DNA of 64,000 nt, taken from NCBI RefSeq assembly GCF_009914755.1, contig NC_060931.1; one strand, written 5' to 3'. Origin of the DNA: the human T2T-CHM13v2.0 reference genome, Homo sapiens. The translations under genes and the position numbers were made by a program. The notes beneath the pieces are model-generated. The model searched no databases. It saw only the letters and a program-made list of their open reading frames with translations, and was not told the origin of the DNA. Shown here piece after piece: positions 42,782 through 56,360 of this stretch. The stretch's first letter is position 1. Every line of letters begins with the position of its first letter.

Positions 42782-44196
42782 AGTCATACAGTCATGATAG
42801 ATACTGATGAGCTTATAGTAAGTCTGGTTCATTGAGAGGTATTTTTATTCATAGAAGTGAGTTATGGCTGTATCTTCACACAGACACATACAGTGAGAGA
42901 GAGGGAGAGAGAAAGAGAGGAAGAGAGCACAGATATAACATGCTCTTGCTTCAGCAAGTGAGATATTTGTATGATCAGGAGCAAAAGCTTAGCTATGAGA
43001 CTCCCTTGATTTCAAGTCTGAGCACCATCTCTTACTAGCTGGCACATAACTTACTCATTTAATGTGCCTTAGTTTTCTTGTCTATAAAAATAGTACCACC
43101 TTTGACAGTGGGCCAATTGTTTTTAGATAAACAAAAATTGTTAGTTTTTCTCAGTATTAGCTCCCTGAGGTCAGGGGAGAGAGATATAATGCAGTGCATG
43201 TTCACACGTTCCCTTGAAAATGAAGCCACAACCCCTTGACAGGCATACGGAGAAGTGCCAGAGATGGCCATAGATGGGAAAGCAAACAACTCTAGCCCAG
43301 TGGCTTTCTGCCTGTCACTAAAATAAGCTCGAGCTAGGAAGAACATGATAATGGGGTTAGGTGCATAGTTCTGACCTTATCTCTTTAGTAAAGAAAAGCT
43401 TTTACATACATTAGCCTCAGAACCCATTCCAAAGTTCTATGATCAAAGAAATCCAACCCCAAAGTGAAAAAGTAAAATGAGGAAAAATACAGATCCTAAA
43501 TGCTTTCCATACCTGATAATTTTTGTTTCAAAAGAAAAAAAGCACTCACAAATTCAGCATGCATAGAAATCATAGCCATCAACTTAAAAGTCTTAAAAAA
43601 ATCCAGCCAATTGCCTCGTACATTCAATGATAAATAAATAAGAAAATAAATAAACCGATGTGACTATGTTTCCACTGTTTTGTTTAAAGGTTGCTTGCTT
43701 GCAGGTGATGGTTGCAATGCCACATAAATGCAGAATACTAACTGTGAAAGGTGAAATCAAGACCTTGCCGCTCCAAATGCTCTCTCTAGCTCTCTGATTG
43801 TACCTGCTCTCATGCTCCAACCCCTTTCCTGACCTCCACATCACAAACTGACAGACCTTGGGGAAAATGAAGGGATATTTTAAAGCAAAAATAAATCTGT
43901 CATTTTTATAGTCAAAAGTGTCAGAGCTCAAACATCAATGGTGTTTCAGAAGAGTCAGTAATGTATTTTGTATCCATGCTTACTGCAGATGTCATCATTA
44001 GTGGTCATTCCATATGAAAGTTATTTCTGAGTTGCTCCTGCATTGTAAAATAATCATTAATATTATGACTTTGCCTTAAAAAATAAACTCGCATTTTATT
44101 TGCTGGGCCACACTACATAAGCCACATCAATTTCTTATTTGATAGAGAGGTACTTATTTGGTTATATAATATTCATTTTCTATAGTGCTTTCTGCT

Positions 44197-44375
<179 letters not shown>

Positions 44376-44879
44376 TAATTGTCATAACGATGAGGTTATT
44401 TTTCAAGTTATACACAATAAAATCAAATATATTAAATTTTTTAGATATTTATTTTTTAATTTAAAAGTAGCTTAAATTATTTGATAAATACTAACTTATG
44501 AGTGGGACTAGATCCCATATGATCTCAGCTTAGTTTAATAGGGAAGAGGGGATAAGCAGATTTATATACTGTATTCATTGTTTTGGAAAACTCTGTTCTT
44601 ATCCATAACTTCGTTGCAATAGCCACCAGGTTATTACAACGATCCTTATTCAGAGGTGAGAAGGCTGTGGAATACAATTAACTTTAATAAATACAGAAGC
44701 ATAATTTTGTATAAGCATAATTTCTTATTAACATATCAATTATTTATACGGAGAAAGTGGCCAAATGTAAAATAATAGCTTTTATATATTAATATATCCT
44801 ATACACATTGTATAGAAGTAGTCAAGTACAAAACTAATAATTTTATCTTATTAACATATTCCCTATAGTCTATGTGAAT

Positions 44880-46480
44880 TGTCTACATATACATACATCA
44901 CAATTAGAAATATAGTGGCAAAAAGATCCCATTCACTGTGCAACTAAAAATAAGGAAGGTCGACCTTAGCAAGATATACACAAATATACATACACAAACA
45001 CAGGTCTATAAAAATTTTATGTTCAATATTTGTATACCGAAAAATTACAACACATCAGAAAGGGACAAGAGAAAAAACTTGAATAAGTAAAAAATATTTC
45101 TTGATATGAATACTCAACATTATAAAAATGTTAATTATTTATAACAGACCAATAACAATTCCACAAGGGGCTGGGTGTGGTGGCTCATGCCCATAATTCC
45201 AGTACTTTCGGAGGCCAAAGTGAGAGAATCACTTGAGCCCAGGAATTCAGGACCAGCCTGGACAATATAGGGAGACCCTGTCTCTACAAAAATTAAAAAA
45301 CATTACCCAGGTGTGGTGGTGCACACCTGTGGTCCAAGTTACTCTGGAGGCTGAGGTGGGAGGATTGCATGGTCCTGGAAGGCAGAGGTTGCAATAAGCC
45401 AAGACTGCACCACTGCACACTCCAGCCTTTGCAACAGAGCAAGAACCTGTCTCTAAATAAATAAATAAATAAAATTTTAAAAAATAATAATTTCATAAGG
45501 ATAAAGGGATTCACAGATTATTCTAAAGTCATATAAATTAGCATGAAAATATAATAAAGATAATTAAAAATAAAACACTAATAAGTTGTACTTAAAATTA
45601 GAGCTTTTTAATATAATATAAAATTTACAATAAAAAATATTGCTACGGGTGTAAGAATAGACAGATAAAGCAATGGAATAGAATGGAAAGCCCAGAAACA
45701 GAACTCAGTGTATGGAATTATGTAATAAATGGTAGAACCACATTTCAAATTTGTGGAGAAAGTGTAAACTGCCTGATAAATGTTTCTGGAGTGATTTTTA
45801 AATTATTTTTTAAAATTGATATTAGATCTTTTTATACCTTATTCTAAATATAGTTTATATAAATTACAGTTTAAAGTATAAAATATATAAATTAGCTAAA
45901 GGAAATTATCATTAAATATTAACTTCTTGGGATGGAGAAAGTCTTTTTAAATGATATCACAAAAATAAGTATCAATAGATATAACACATGTAAAAACATC
46001 TATAAAAAGACAAAGGGTACATTTAAATGTCAATTGTCAAACACATGAACAGTATAAAACTTCACAAATCAATAAAATTATAGCTAAAACTTCAAACAGA
46101 ATATTTTATTTATCTGATTCACAAAGCTTTTTAGTAATTATTCTTATTTTTGTTACTAGCTATAGGAAAATATCATTCTCATGAATTATGATTGGGATTT
46201 TGCTACCCAAAATAGCAAATGTATATAACTTTGGCCAATGATCTCATTTATAGGAATTTATCCTAAGAAAGCAATCATAGATCTATTAAAAAATCATGTA
46301 CAAGGAAGTTTGCTACACTATTATATGCTAGAGTAAAAAATTAGAAATAAATTAAGTGTCACCAATAGAGAATTATTTAATGAAATTATAGTATGCCACA
46401 AAACTAAATATCATGTACCCATAAAAATGATGCATTAGATGTTTTCGAATGTCATAGGAAAATGTCTGTGATTATCTTTA
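44880..46480 (+). mobile_element. Ancient L1M (L1ME-like) fragments
   Basis: aagaatagacagataaagcaatggaatagaatggaaagcccagaaacaga; taggaatttatcctaagaaa. Confidence 0.65.
45169..45482 (+). mobile_element. AluJ nested in L1M
   Basis: cacttgagcccaggaattc; (TAAA)n tail; 18-bp TSD aataaYaattYcaYaagg at 45151-45168 and 45483-45500. Confidence 0.92.
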
Positions 46481-46507
46481 TTTGAAAACGTTATTACCCA
46501 GTACTAA

Positions 46508-46850
46508 CAGCAAAGGTCATAGAGTGTGAGCCTACAGGCCAAAGCTGTCCACAAACATGTTTTGCTGGCTTCTCAGTATTTTATGACTTTGAGCCAAGAT
46601 TTAAAAATTTGAAGAGTTAAGTATAAAAATCCAGATTTTCAGTGTTTCTTTATAATTCTAAATATGTGACAACTCTGTGTCCACATTCTCACCCAGCTGT
46701 ATCTCAACAGTGGAGTAGTTGACAGCTTTTCTGATTCTCCCCCTCCAAGGACTACCAGCTGTACAGTGTGCATATGTTAACTTATGCCAGCTTCCTTCCT
46801 TTGCTCTTCAATCCCTTGCCTGGCCCCAGTGAAATAATGCATTGATATAT
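46508..46850. mobile_element. MER102-like hAT element
   Basis: ccaagatttaaaaatttgaagag...taaaaatccagattttc...tgcctggcccc. Confidence 0.6.
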
Positions 46851-48910
46851 ACAATGTAATCTAAAACTTTAAAATAGTACATGTATATGTGTATGAGTGT
46901 ATTGCATGCTCATGTATGTGTGTAGGAAGATAAACAAGATTTCAAAAGCAGTAAAAGTTCACAGTTGCTTCCAACCATGCTACACAGTCTTTGACAATGG
47001 AAAATATATTGATACTCTTCACTGTTTTATCCCCTGAAGTTGGCTAGAAGAAACTTATCTCTTGAATAATCAGGTAAAGTGGATGGCCCTTGTGAGTCAA
47101 ATATAAATGATCGAGAATATTTTTTCTTCGGTTTACTTCTCTAAATGTTCTAATTTGAAAATCAGAAAAAGAAATAATTTTTACTTTTTAATGTCCAAAC
47201 GCAGATGAAGGTTTCAAAGCAGAGCAAATACATATGGAAGATCAATCTCATGTGTTTTTTAAATTAAAAAGAAAGATACAGCATCTTTGAGACTCAATGC
47301 ACCTGTCATTGGCAATGAATTCTGCTCTGCAACACAAAACATAATACTGTACAAGAAAGAATTTATTCTTGTCTGATCTTTGGAATTTTGTTTAGATTTC
47401 AGGCTTCCAGTGGAAATTGTCAGAATACTCTTCCTTACCCTTGGCAAATAGTTGTAGCATGTCTGAAACATGCCCTCTCCAGAAGACTTTCCTTAATTTC
47501 CCTCCCTTCTTGCAGGGCTACATAGGCAGAAATTACAGTAATGCTGTGAAATAAGCATGTAAGTCATCAGATCACTATTTAGTTTGTCCACTAAATAAGC
47601 ACAGGATGAAATCACTGCCACAGAGGTGTCAGTTAATTGAGGAATCAGACAGCTGGAGAGACAGACTGGGTGAGAAAACACCCTTATCCCAAGGACAAAC
47701 CTTTGCTATGACATTGAAGAGAATATACAAATGAACTTGCCAAGTAAATTGCTTTCCTTCTCTAATATATGATCTCTTGCTCCAATGCTACAGCTGGCTT
47801 TTAATGAGTTAGTAGGTACATATGGAGCTAGATTGAGAGAATTAGTTCAAGCTCATACGTTTCAATATTGAGAGTGAAATGAAGATACAGATAGCAATTT
47901 GAATCTAATTTTCAAGCCTGCATGGATGAAGGGTCACAGAAGGAAGCTGAGATGTACCAGGATATTGAAGGTGGGAGGATTGAAGATAGTGACAAAGAAA
48001 ACCACAGCTGACACAAAGTGAGTCCTCTTCCATAAGGCCAACAAGGCCGAAGTAGCATAAATTCAAGAGAGATTGAGTTGTTTTCTTTTTGTAGATACAC
48101 AGGGTACAGTATTTAGGAAAATGCAGATCTAAGGGAGACGTGAGTGACATCATCTCTGACCTCTCAGTCAGCATCATATGGATCCTAAGAGAATTCAAGT
48201 AAAATTAGAATCCTAAGACTCTTTTAGAGATGAAAGAGATGTTAGAGTCAAATGTCCTCATTGCCACAGGGACAAAAATCAAACTCAGAGAAATGAAATA
48301 GCATCTCTGGAATGACAATGCACATATTTTAATATCACATGCACATGCCTTTTCCATGAGTTTAGATCAACATTTCTGTTTAAAAACAAACAGATCAACG
48401 TGAGAAACGGAGAGGTGGTTTGGGTGGACAATGTGTCTACTGTCAATTTGCTTGAGTTCCTGAAAAAGGCATCATCTTGCAAATTTTTTTATTTTTGAGA
48501 TGAAACATATTCTAAATAAGAACCCCTCTCAGATTACACCCCAAAGTATTAAATTAAAAAAGAAAACATGTGCACATAGTGACTCAGGAGGAGCAAACAA
48601 TAGAAGTAGCTACCAGTTAGTTAATCACGCCAAATAGGTAGTTTGCAAGAAAATAAAGGCAGTATCAAATTTTAAAATTGTAGAAAAAACCCTCACTTAG
48701 ATACATTGATAATTTGGGATTGGGGCTTATTTCACATAGTAGGTTTATTTAATTTAGTCATGAAATTCGCCCATGAACACTGTTGCTAATTCATGTACTT
48801 CTTTCCCTACCCTGTTTATTTGCTGTTCACTATATAGCCTAAAAATGGAAATCAGTTGAGTCATCATGAACGATGTTTATTACTGTTCATTATCTTTCAA
48901 AAATGTACCA

Positions 48911-49074
48911 TCGGGGAGGGGAAAGAGAGCATCAGGATAAACAGCTAATGCACATGGGGCTTAATAACTAGGTGATGGGTTGACAGGTGCAGCAAACCAC
49001 CATGGCACACGTTTATTTATGTAACAAACTTGCACATCCTCCACATGTATCCTGGAACTTTAAATAAAATAAAA
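48911..49074 (+). mobile_element. Older L1PA (about PA8-PA12) 3' end
   Basis: agagcatcaggataaacagctaatgc...ggtgcagcaaaccaccatggcacacgttta; A-rich tail. Confidence 0.85.
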
Positions 49075-49083
49075 TATATTTTA

Positions 49084-49322
49084 CTTCTTTTTTTAATTAT
49101 ACTTTAAGTTTTAGGGTACATGTGCACAATGTGCAGGTTTGTTACATATATATATACACGTGCCATGTTGGTGTGCTGCACCCATTAACTCGTCATTTAA
49201 CATTAGGTATATCTCCTAATGCTATCCCTCCCCCCTCCTCCCACCCCACAACAGGCCCCGGTGTATGATGTTCCCCTTCCTGTGTCCATGTGTTCTCATT
49301 GTTCAATTCCCACCTATGAGTG
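49084..49322 (-). mobile_element. L1PA4-like 3' end
   Basis: ttatactttaagttttagggtacatgtgcacaatgtgcaggtttgttacat...; short tatttt TSD. Confidence 0.9.
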
Positions 49323-49792
49323 TATTTTTAAAGCTACTAATAGTTAAACAGAAGTCACACATGACACATTCTTGCTCTGGATATCCAAAATCTGCTGCTG
49401 TTTGTTCTACATACAGGATAAGTAAATAGTACAGATACTTCTGTTCCCAACTGCTTCCCGATACTACATAAATGCTGCCACAGTCTGCAACCAAGGTTCA
49501 ATTTCTGGAAATGTTGGTGAACGGGAAACAACTGTTAGCAAATTTATGTATTACAAACTTATAGAGTCCAGTAATAAATGGTGATGAATGTAAGAGGATG
49601 TGACTTCATGAAAATTGTTATTATATGGAATAAGTAGAGCAAAGCTATACAATTCACCTGAGCTTAAGAAATCCATGAATATGTTTTCTAAATAACAGAA
49701 AGTACTAAAACAACATCTCAAACAGACCTATTGCACAGATGACAATTTTACAAACTGTAAAGGTAATTATTTTTCTACTACTCCCAACCTAG

Positions 49793-50188
<396 letters not shown>

Positions 50189-50205
50189 TCATAATATATT
50201 ATTAT

Positions 50206-50297
50206 TAAAAAAAAAGAAAGAAAGAAAAGAAAGAAAGAAGGAAGGAAGGAAGGAAGGAAGGAAGGAAGGAAGGAAGGAAGGAAGGAAGGGAAAAAAA
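50206..50297. repeat. (AAAG)n-(GAAG)13 purine microsatellite
   Basis: 13 perfect GAAG units at 50237-50288. Confidence 0.95.
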
Positions 50298-51559
50298 GCA
50301 AGTAAACCAAATATTTTTAAAGGCTTTCCTTAACCTACCTTTCCTTAACCTACCTTTCCTTTAAATCACTTCTTCTTTCTATTTTGCTTTACCATCACAT
50401 TATAAAATAGGGGTCTGTCTGTTCACCTTTTTTTTTTTAATCCATCCCAACACAAGCACTACAATGCATGTAACCAAAAACACCTGTCACGATTTTTTAT
50501 CCTTTGGCTTTTATATCCTTGTGTACTTTATTGAGTGATTCATAATTTTCCAATTCGCTTAACCCCAGCATATGAAAATATTGTTTGAGTTTTATAACTC
50601 CATTGAGCCTTTAACCATTTAAGGGTTTGTTTTGTTTGAGAAGGAATGTGTGGTTCATACTTAGAATAAAGAAGCCAGCTATAGGGTGAGTGTTAAAAAC
50701 TTGGTTATAAAACTTGAGATCACATATAGACAGAAATTAAACTTTATTCAAGAGGCTTCCAATCTACATTTTAAAGCACAGCTTGGAAATCTGAGGATGT
50801 ACTGGGCATTGTGCCAAACATAATGAAAACTCCCCACCCCACATCTTCATCCCTGCCCCCTTCAATGCTTGTTTTTGGTCTTTCTGTAGTCTAGCTACTT
50901 CCTCCTCCCCCCTCAGACAGGGTTGTTCCCACTGTGATTTACTAGTTTAGCACTTGTTTAAAGAGGCCGGCTTTATGCACAGTCATTTGTTATTTTAATA
51001 ACAATACAAAAAAGAAAATATATATACTGAGCAAAACGGGTCAAGCTGTCACCTTTGAGCTTTACAGTGGGCTTTGAAAGCAACCAAACAAGGAAGAGCC
51101 AGAGGCAAGCTGTTCATAAGTTACATTCCTAAATGCAGACACAGAGCTGAGGATGCTTTTTCATGAAGAACAGGGACTAAGAGGTGGCCTATGAATGAGA
51201 ATGATTCTGTCCTTGGAACATTTGAGCTAAGTATTTCCTTCCCAACAGCCAAATATGAACCAGAGAGAAGTCTGGTTGGGGGATGCACAGACCTTTCATT
51301 TAGGGCTAGGATGAGATTTGGCCGTGGCACACTGGAGAGGGCCTTCTCAGCAGGTTGTGGGGGGCTATCTCATCACCAAAGGACTAGCAATACAATAGGT
51401 CTGTATCCCTTGTCTTGCTATGGGAGGCCTGCTCTAACCTGGTTACGACCCCTGAATTCTAGGATGACAAGGCTGTGTCTCATCTGTGGAATAATATTTC
51501 CAGATAAATGTTTTATAGTAGTCACCGTATCATAAACAAAGTTAATTCTTTTATCCTAG

Positions 51560-51754
51560 CCAGTCTCAGCAGAAGAGTAACATGACATGAGAGATTGGGA
51601 AACTGTCCTTCTGTGGGGTTCTTCAGACAACCTAAGCCATCTCCTACATCCTACACTCGCTGAACATAGAATGGTTGAAGGAAAGAATGAATACATATGT
51701 AGAAGAGAAGAATCTTGCTAAAAGGAATGAAGTTGTCAAGATAAATAATTAAGA
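51560..51754 (+). other. Candidate non-coding exon (195 nt)
   Basis: Acceptor ttcttttatcctag|C, donor AGA|gtaaga; stop codons in all three frames. Confidence 0.35.
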
Positions 51755-52559
51755 GTAAGAAAGAAAAAATATGAGAAAAGCCGGTCAAGAAGACTGGCAT
51801 TTAGAAGAAAGAATGCTTTCTGGTTTTTTGTTTTGTTTTGTTTGTTTTGTTTTGTTTGTTTTTTATCACAAGTTGTTTTATTTCAATTAGCAAAAGAGTT
51901 TAAGTGAAATTTTTTAAAAAGTTGTTTATTTGAAAATAGCATTTAGAGTGATATGGTAAATGCAAGTTACAAATTAACTTTATGCATATTTATAGATCAT
52001 GCTCTAAGCACTCAAATTTGACATATGAAATTTTGTTATTTTTATATTTTTCAACAATACATCTCTCTCTTAGTTTCATGATTTGTTCTAAATTTGTGGA
52101 GGACCAGAAATTTTTCTTTAGTCCCTCAGAAAGATCATCTTTTTCTCCAAAATAAACTGCTTTCAGCAAAAGTAAGTTTAGATTTACTAAGTAATCTTTC
52201 ATAGATCTACAGCAAGAATTTTAAATAGAGGTTCACTTGTCTGTGACACTTTGACCATTGGGTTAGGAAGAGGATTAGTCACTAAGTTTTAAATTGACAT
52301 TTCTTGAAGTATAGATTGAAGATATCATTTCAGCATAAGAATCAGGATACCACAGAATGACAGTGAGATTTCTGGAATCCTTAAAATAAGTAAAAGTAAA
52401 TAATAAAAGTGACATAGAATAGACTCCTATAATATAAAAATTATTTCAGGTTACTTATTTTCTTGAGAGAAATAGAGAGTACATGCTTTGTTTCTGTTTT
52501 TGTCCCTTTTTAAATGCTCTACTTGTTGATTAGAATCAACTGTTAAATTATAATGGACT

Positions 52560-52790
52560 CAGTAATAGTGACTGCTTAACAGTCACTATTATCATGGTGT
52601 ATTATGCTAAGAGGCTGTTATATTATGTGCCTTTTTAAAAATATTGTCAATGGTAGATTTTATTTTCCACATCTTCTAGATCTTCTAGATGTGGAAAGGG
52701 GGTCAACAAATTTAAGCTCACACAATGAGAAAATAACAGAGATAGGCTTCCGTTTCAGGTTTAACTCCAAAGTCTTGTCTACTGCGTTCA
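52560..52790 (-). mobile_element. MIR, diverged, carrying two perfected hairpins
   Basis: tatgctaagag...tattttccacat...agatgtggaaa...ttcaggtttaactccaaagtc MIR layout. Confidence 0.55.
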
Positions 52791-53146
52791 CAGATGCATC
52801 ACAGTTAACTGGGTACGAAGTTATGGAAGGAACAGTTGCATCCCCTATACAGCATGAAGCCAGCATTTCTGCCAGCAAATCTCTTAGAAAGATATGCAGC
52901 CTGGTAGGGCTTGCTGCTGTCTCCCTCAAAAGGAGGAATCTGAGAATCAAATGCCATTCTTCAAGCTTCCATAATTGCTTACAGGAGTCTTGTTTTGTGA
53001 ATTGCAAGTTCTCCTTGTACAGCATGTTGTCACATTCCACTGATGCTTTATGAGAAATTTTCCTTAACCTTTAGAAGAACAGAGACATTCTTTCTTTCTT
53101 TTCTTCTTATATGTTATTACCCTTTCCTCCTCAACTAACATACTTG

Positions 53147-53167
53147 ATGTATGCATATGCATGCATG

Positions 53168-53222
<55 letters not shown>
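53147..53222. repeat. (AC)26 with a preceding (ATGC)n tract
   Basis: Directly visible; unbroken purine-pyrimidine alternation for 76 bp. Confidence 0.95.
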
Positions 53223-53226
<4 letters not shown>

Positions 53227-53417
53227 TAGGTGAATAAATACAGGCCCAGGCCCAAACCTCTCAGCTTCCTATTTCCTTCCATCTTGGGGTATTCTGGGGT
53301 TAGTAACTACTCACAGAATCCTACTCTAACATGTTATCTTAGAAGTCCAGGTGTGTATACTCCTAACCCAGCAGACAATGCATGCTAAACCAACTTTGCT
53401 GATAGTAGTATAATTGT

Positions 53418-53771
53418 TGATATGGTTTGGCTGTGTTCCCACCCAAACCTCATTTTGAATTGTAGTTCCCATAATCCCCACATGTTGTGGGAGGAACCCA
53501 GTGGGAGGTAACAATCATGGGGTGGTTACCCTAGTGCTGTTCTTGTGATAGCCAGTGAGTTCTCATGAGATCTGATGATTTGATAAGGGGCTTTTCCCCT
53601 TTTGCTCGGCACTTCTCTCCCCTGCCGCCTTTGCTTCCCCTTCTGCCATGCTTGTAAGTTTCCTAAGGTCCTTCCAGTCCTGTGAAACTGTGGGTCAATT
53701 AAACCTCATTCCTTTATAAGTTACACGGTCTTGGGTATTTCTTCATAGCACTCTGAGAATGGACTAATACA
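53418..53771 (+). mobile_element. THE1 (THE1C/D-like) solo LTR
   Basis: tgatatggtttggctgtg ... gaatggactaataca termini; 5-bp TSD attgt at 53413-53417 and 53772-53776. Confidence 0.95.
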
Positions 53772-56360
53772 ATTGTGCTTCAAGGAAAAACCACACTGCC
53801 TAGAAGATTTATGAACAAGTCCCAATCCATTTGCTGTCTACTGGAAGATCTTCCATTCTCAGGCATTATATAGGAATGGAAATTGTATTTAAATACTTCT
53901 GTATGTGAACTACTCACAATTTAGCTACTTTTTGTCAGATGACACAGTAGAGATGGGGGCAGAAAAAATGTACTGAGGACATTTCCAAGTCAAGATGGTT
54001 TATTTCAAGAAGGGAAATGCCACTTTTTTATCCTAGCTTTCACACTGGGCATAGTCCACATGGAACATACTCCCTGATAGAGGTAAAGATTATGGTTTGG
54101 TAATTATATCTCAGTCTAAATGGGAGACAGGTATTTGGAGAGTCTGGAGGTAAAGAGGAGTCAGGGTATTTAAATATTGATGTAGTCTCACACTAAGGGT
54201 GTTGGAAGAGGGAAGGGGCTGAGGTCTTCGGAAGAGAGGGTGGGCACAGCATGTGATGACTTATCTTACATATATTCAATTATGTTGTGATTCCCCTGAG
54301 GTCATAAACCAAAAAGTCATTTCATTTCAAGCAGTCTGGAGAGTTGACTGCCCTGATTTACCACATAAACCTCTTCATTCTCTCTGACCAACTGGCTTTA
54401 TTTTAATTCTAAATTAGTGCTTTAGATACAAAAATCTTTGCTGAGTTGATGCAGCTTTTTATGTTTCTTCATCTCAATTGCCATTAGATCATTTAGTAAA
54501 GACTTTAATCTTCTCCCTGCTCTCATTTTTTCAAGTTTTCATGGGATAACACTGCGGTCATTTGGCTCAGTTCTAGAAATAGTCTGCAATCAAACTCTGG
54601 GGAAACAATCATTTTGTCTTTCGACTGGAAACAATAAAAATAGTTGCTTCCCATTACTCTCCACACTTCATTACTATTTTATTTTTACAGCTTCGTTGAA
54701 TCTGGTATGAATCTTAATTATATGAGGCCTGTGTCATTTCTGTCATTGAAAAGCTAGAAGAACCAAGATTTAGCTATATGGGGGTGAACTGGTTTCTCTG
54801 TACCCTATACCTACATTCTAGGATGGCTACTAGAAGAGTGATGGTGTCCATTAAGCTCATACTTATCAGTGCATGTGTTTTAAGAGGCGATGACTAATAA
54901 TAGCATGTCTACAAAACACAATCCACTTGCTTTACTTTTCATATAAATAGGCATTTTAATGAAAAGAGCAACTTTCTCTTTCTCTCCATAAGCAATGCAG
55001 CCTTAAGTAGAGACATGCTTAAAATAAATATATATTCCTAAGTATAACTAAGTGTCCTTGTCTCTACTTAACTATTATAAGATATGCTATCTGAATATTT
55101 GTTTTCTATATACTCTGAAAAAAATTTCACTTCTATGTGCACCTCCTAATATTTTCACAGCCTCTAATCTCACTTATTCTTATCCCAACCATCCTGGTCT
55201 ATTCTTCAGAGGAAAAGTACTAACTTCCTCTTTATCTTCTCTCTTCTCCCAAACTGACTTTTGTTCCTCCCTTTAAAGTTGTCCTTGACCTACTATCCAA
55301 AGCTCCACATTGCCATGTGCTCTGTCTCAGCTTCCAATGGGCACATAGACCATTGAAAAGGATCCCTAAAAGGATATTTTGTTTGGAGCTGCTCAGCTTC
55401 TCTAGAACAACTGCTTTTATTCTAGAATTTTCTATCATAGTCCTAAAAAGCCTCAATTCTCTGCAAATTTGATTCACATTTTTAATTCAAAGCAATGAAT
55501 TAACTAATTTAGAGTTATTAAACCAGCAGCCTGCCGACTTTAGGAAAAAACAAAACAAAATTCTAAAAGCCGACTATACAAATTTCCAGTTTCTCAAGAC
55601 GGTAAGAGAGACAGATTGATTCAAATACAGCTGCCTAATCATAGACAGTCTGTAGCTCTCCAAGAATTGCTTCCATTTTCCTTTCACTCTTCTTCCTTGC
55701 GGGAACAAAACAACCTTTAGACAGAGGGCTTTCTCCACTTTTGCTGCTGTTTGCTTTAGAGCACATTGTTTAGTCAGCACCATTTACTAGATTACATTCA
55801 TCATCAATATTTGAGTTCTGTCAAATCCTTGGTACAGAAAAAGGTGGATGCAGAAGTCCTCTCTCAGATGGAATTTCATTTTTAAAAGTCTAAGGGTTGG
55901 GTATTTTCAGGTTTCATTCTATTCAGAATTGTCCAGGCCTCTTCCTTTTTGGCAGGAGTTGTATATTGTGTGAACGAATTAATGAAAAGGTGCCATGGAT
56001 GTAGTGACAAGGACAAAGGTCCCAGTTAAGTTGCTTTTACACCCATTTCCCCCTTATGACACTGTTTTTGGGTAAGTGGTGTTTAGGATGTGTTTTGAAG
56101 AGGAGAAAAGATAGCTTGGCTGACATGGAGTGGAAGTTTGTCCCAGCATCACTAAGAATAGTATTACGTTTGACAGGCAGCCAAAATGGCAAGCATGTTT
56201 ACACTGTAATAAGTCCTTGCATAATCCTGATCTTTTTTACATTGGAAAAAGTCATGAATTCTCTTCTATTTGTACTGATGTGAGGATCAGTTTGCTTTAT
56301 CAGCTACTTTCATTCTGTTCTATAATTTTCTTTTACATTTTTTTTTCTTTTTCACAAAAG

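Noticed and set aside
51646-51677. ACATCCTACACTC-GCTG...CATAGAATGGTTG resembles part of pre-miR-30b
   Set aside because: The seed (TGTAA before ACATCC) is absent, the 3p arm is not complementary so there is no hairpin, and the downstream part looks like an L2 tail. Treated as chance similarity; a miRBase BLAST would settle it.
52604-53053. Overlapping 149-aa (+) and 126-aa (-) ORFs
   Set aside because: They start or end within MIR-derived sequence, have no recognisable domain, and lack convincing exon boundaries.
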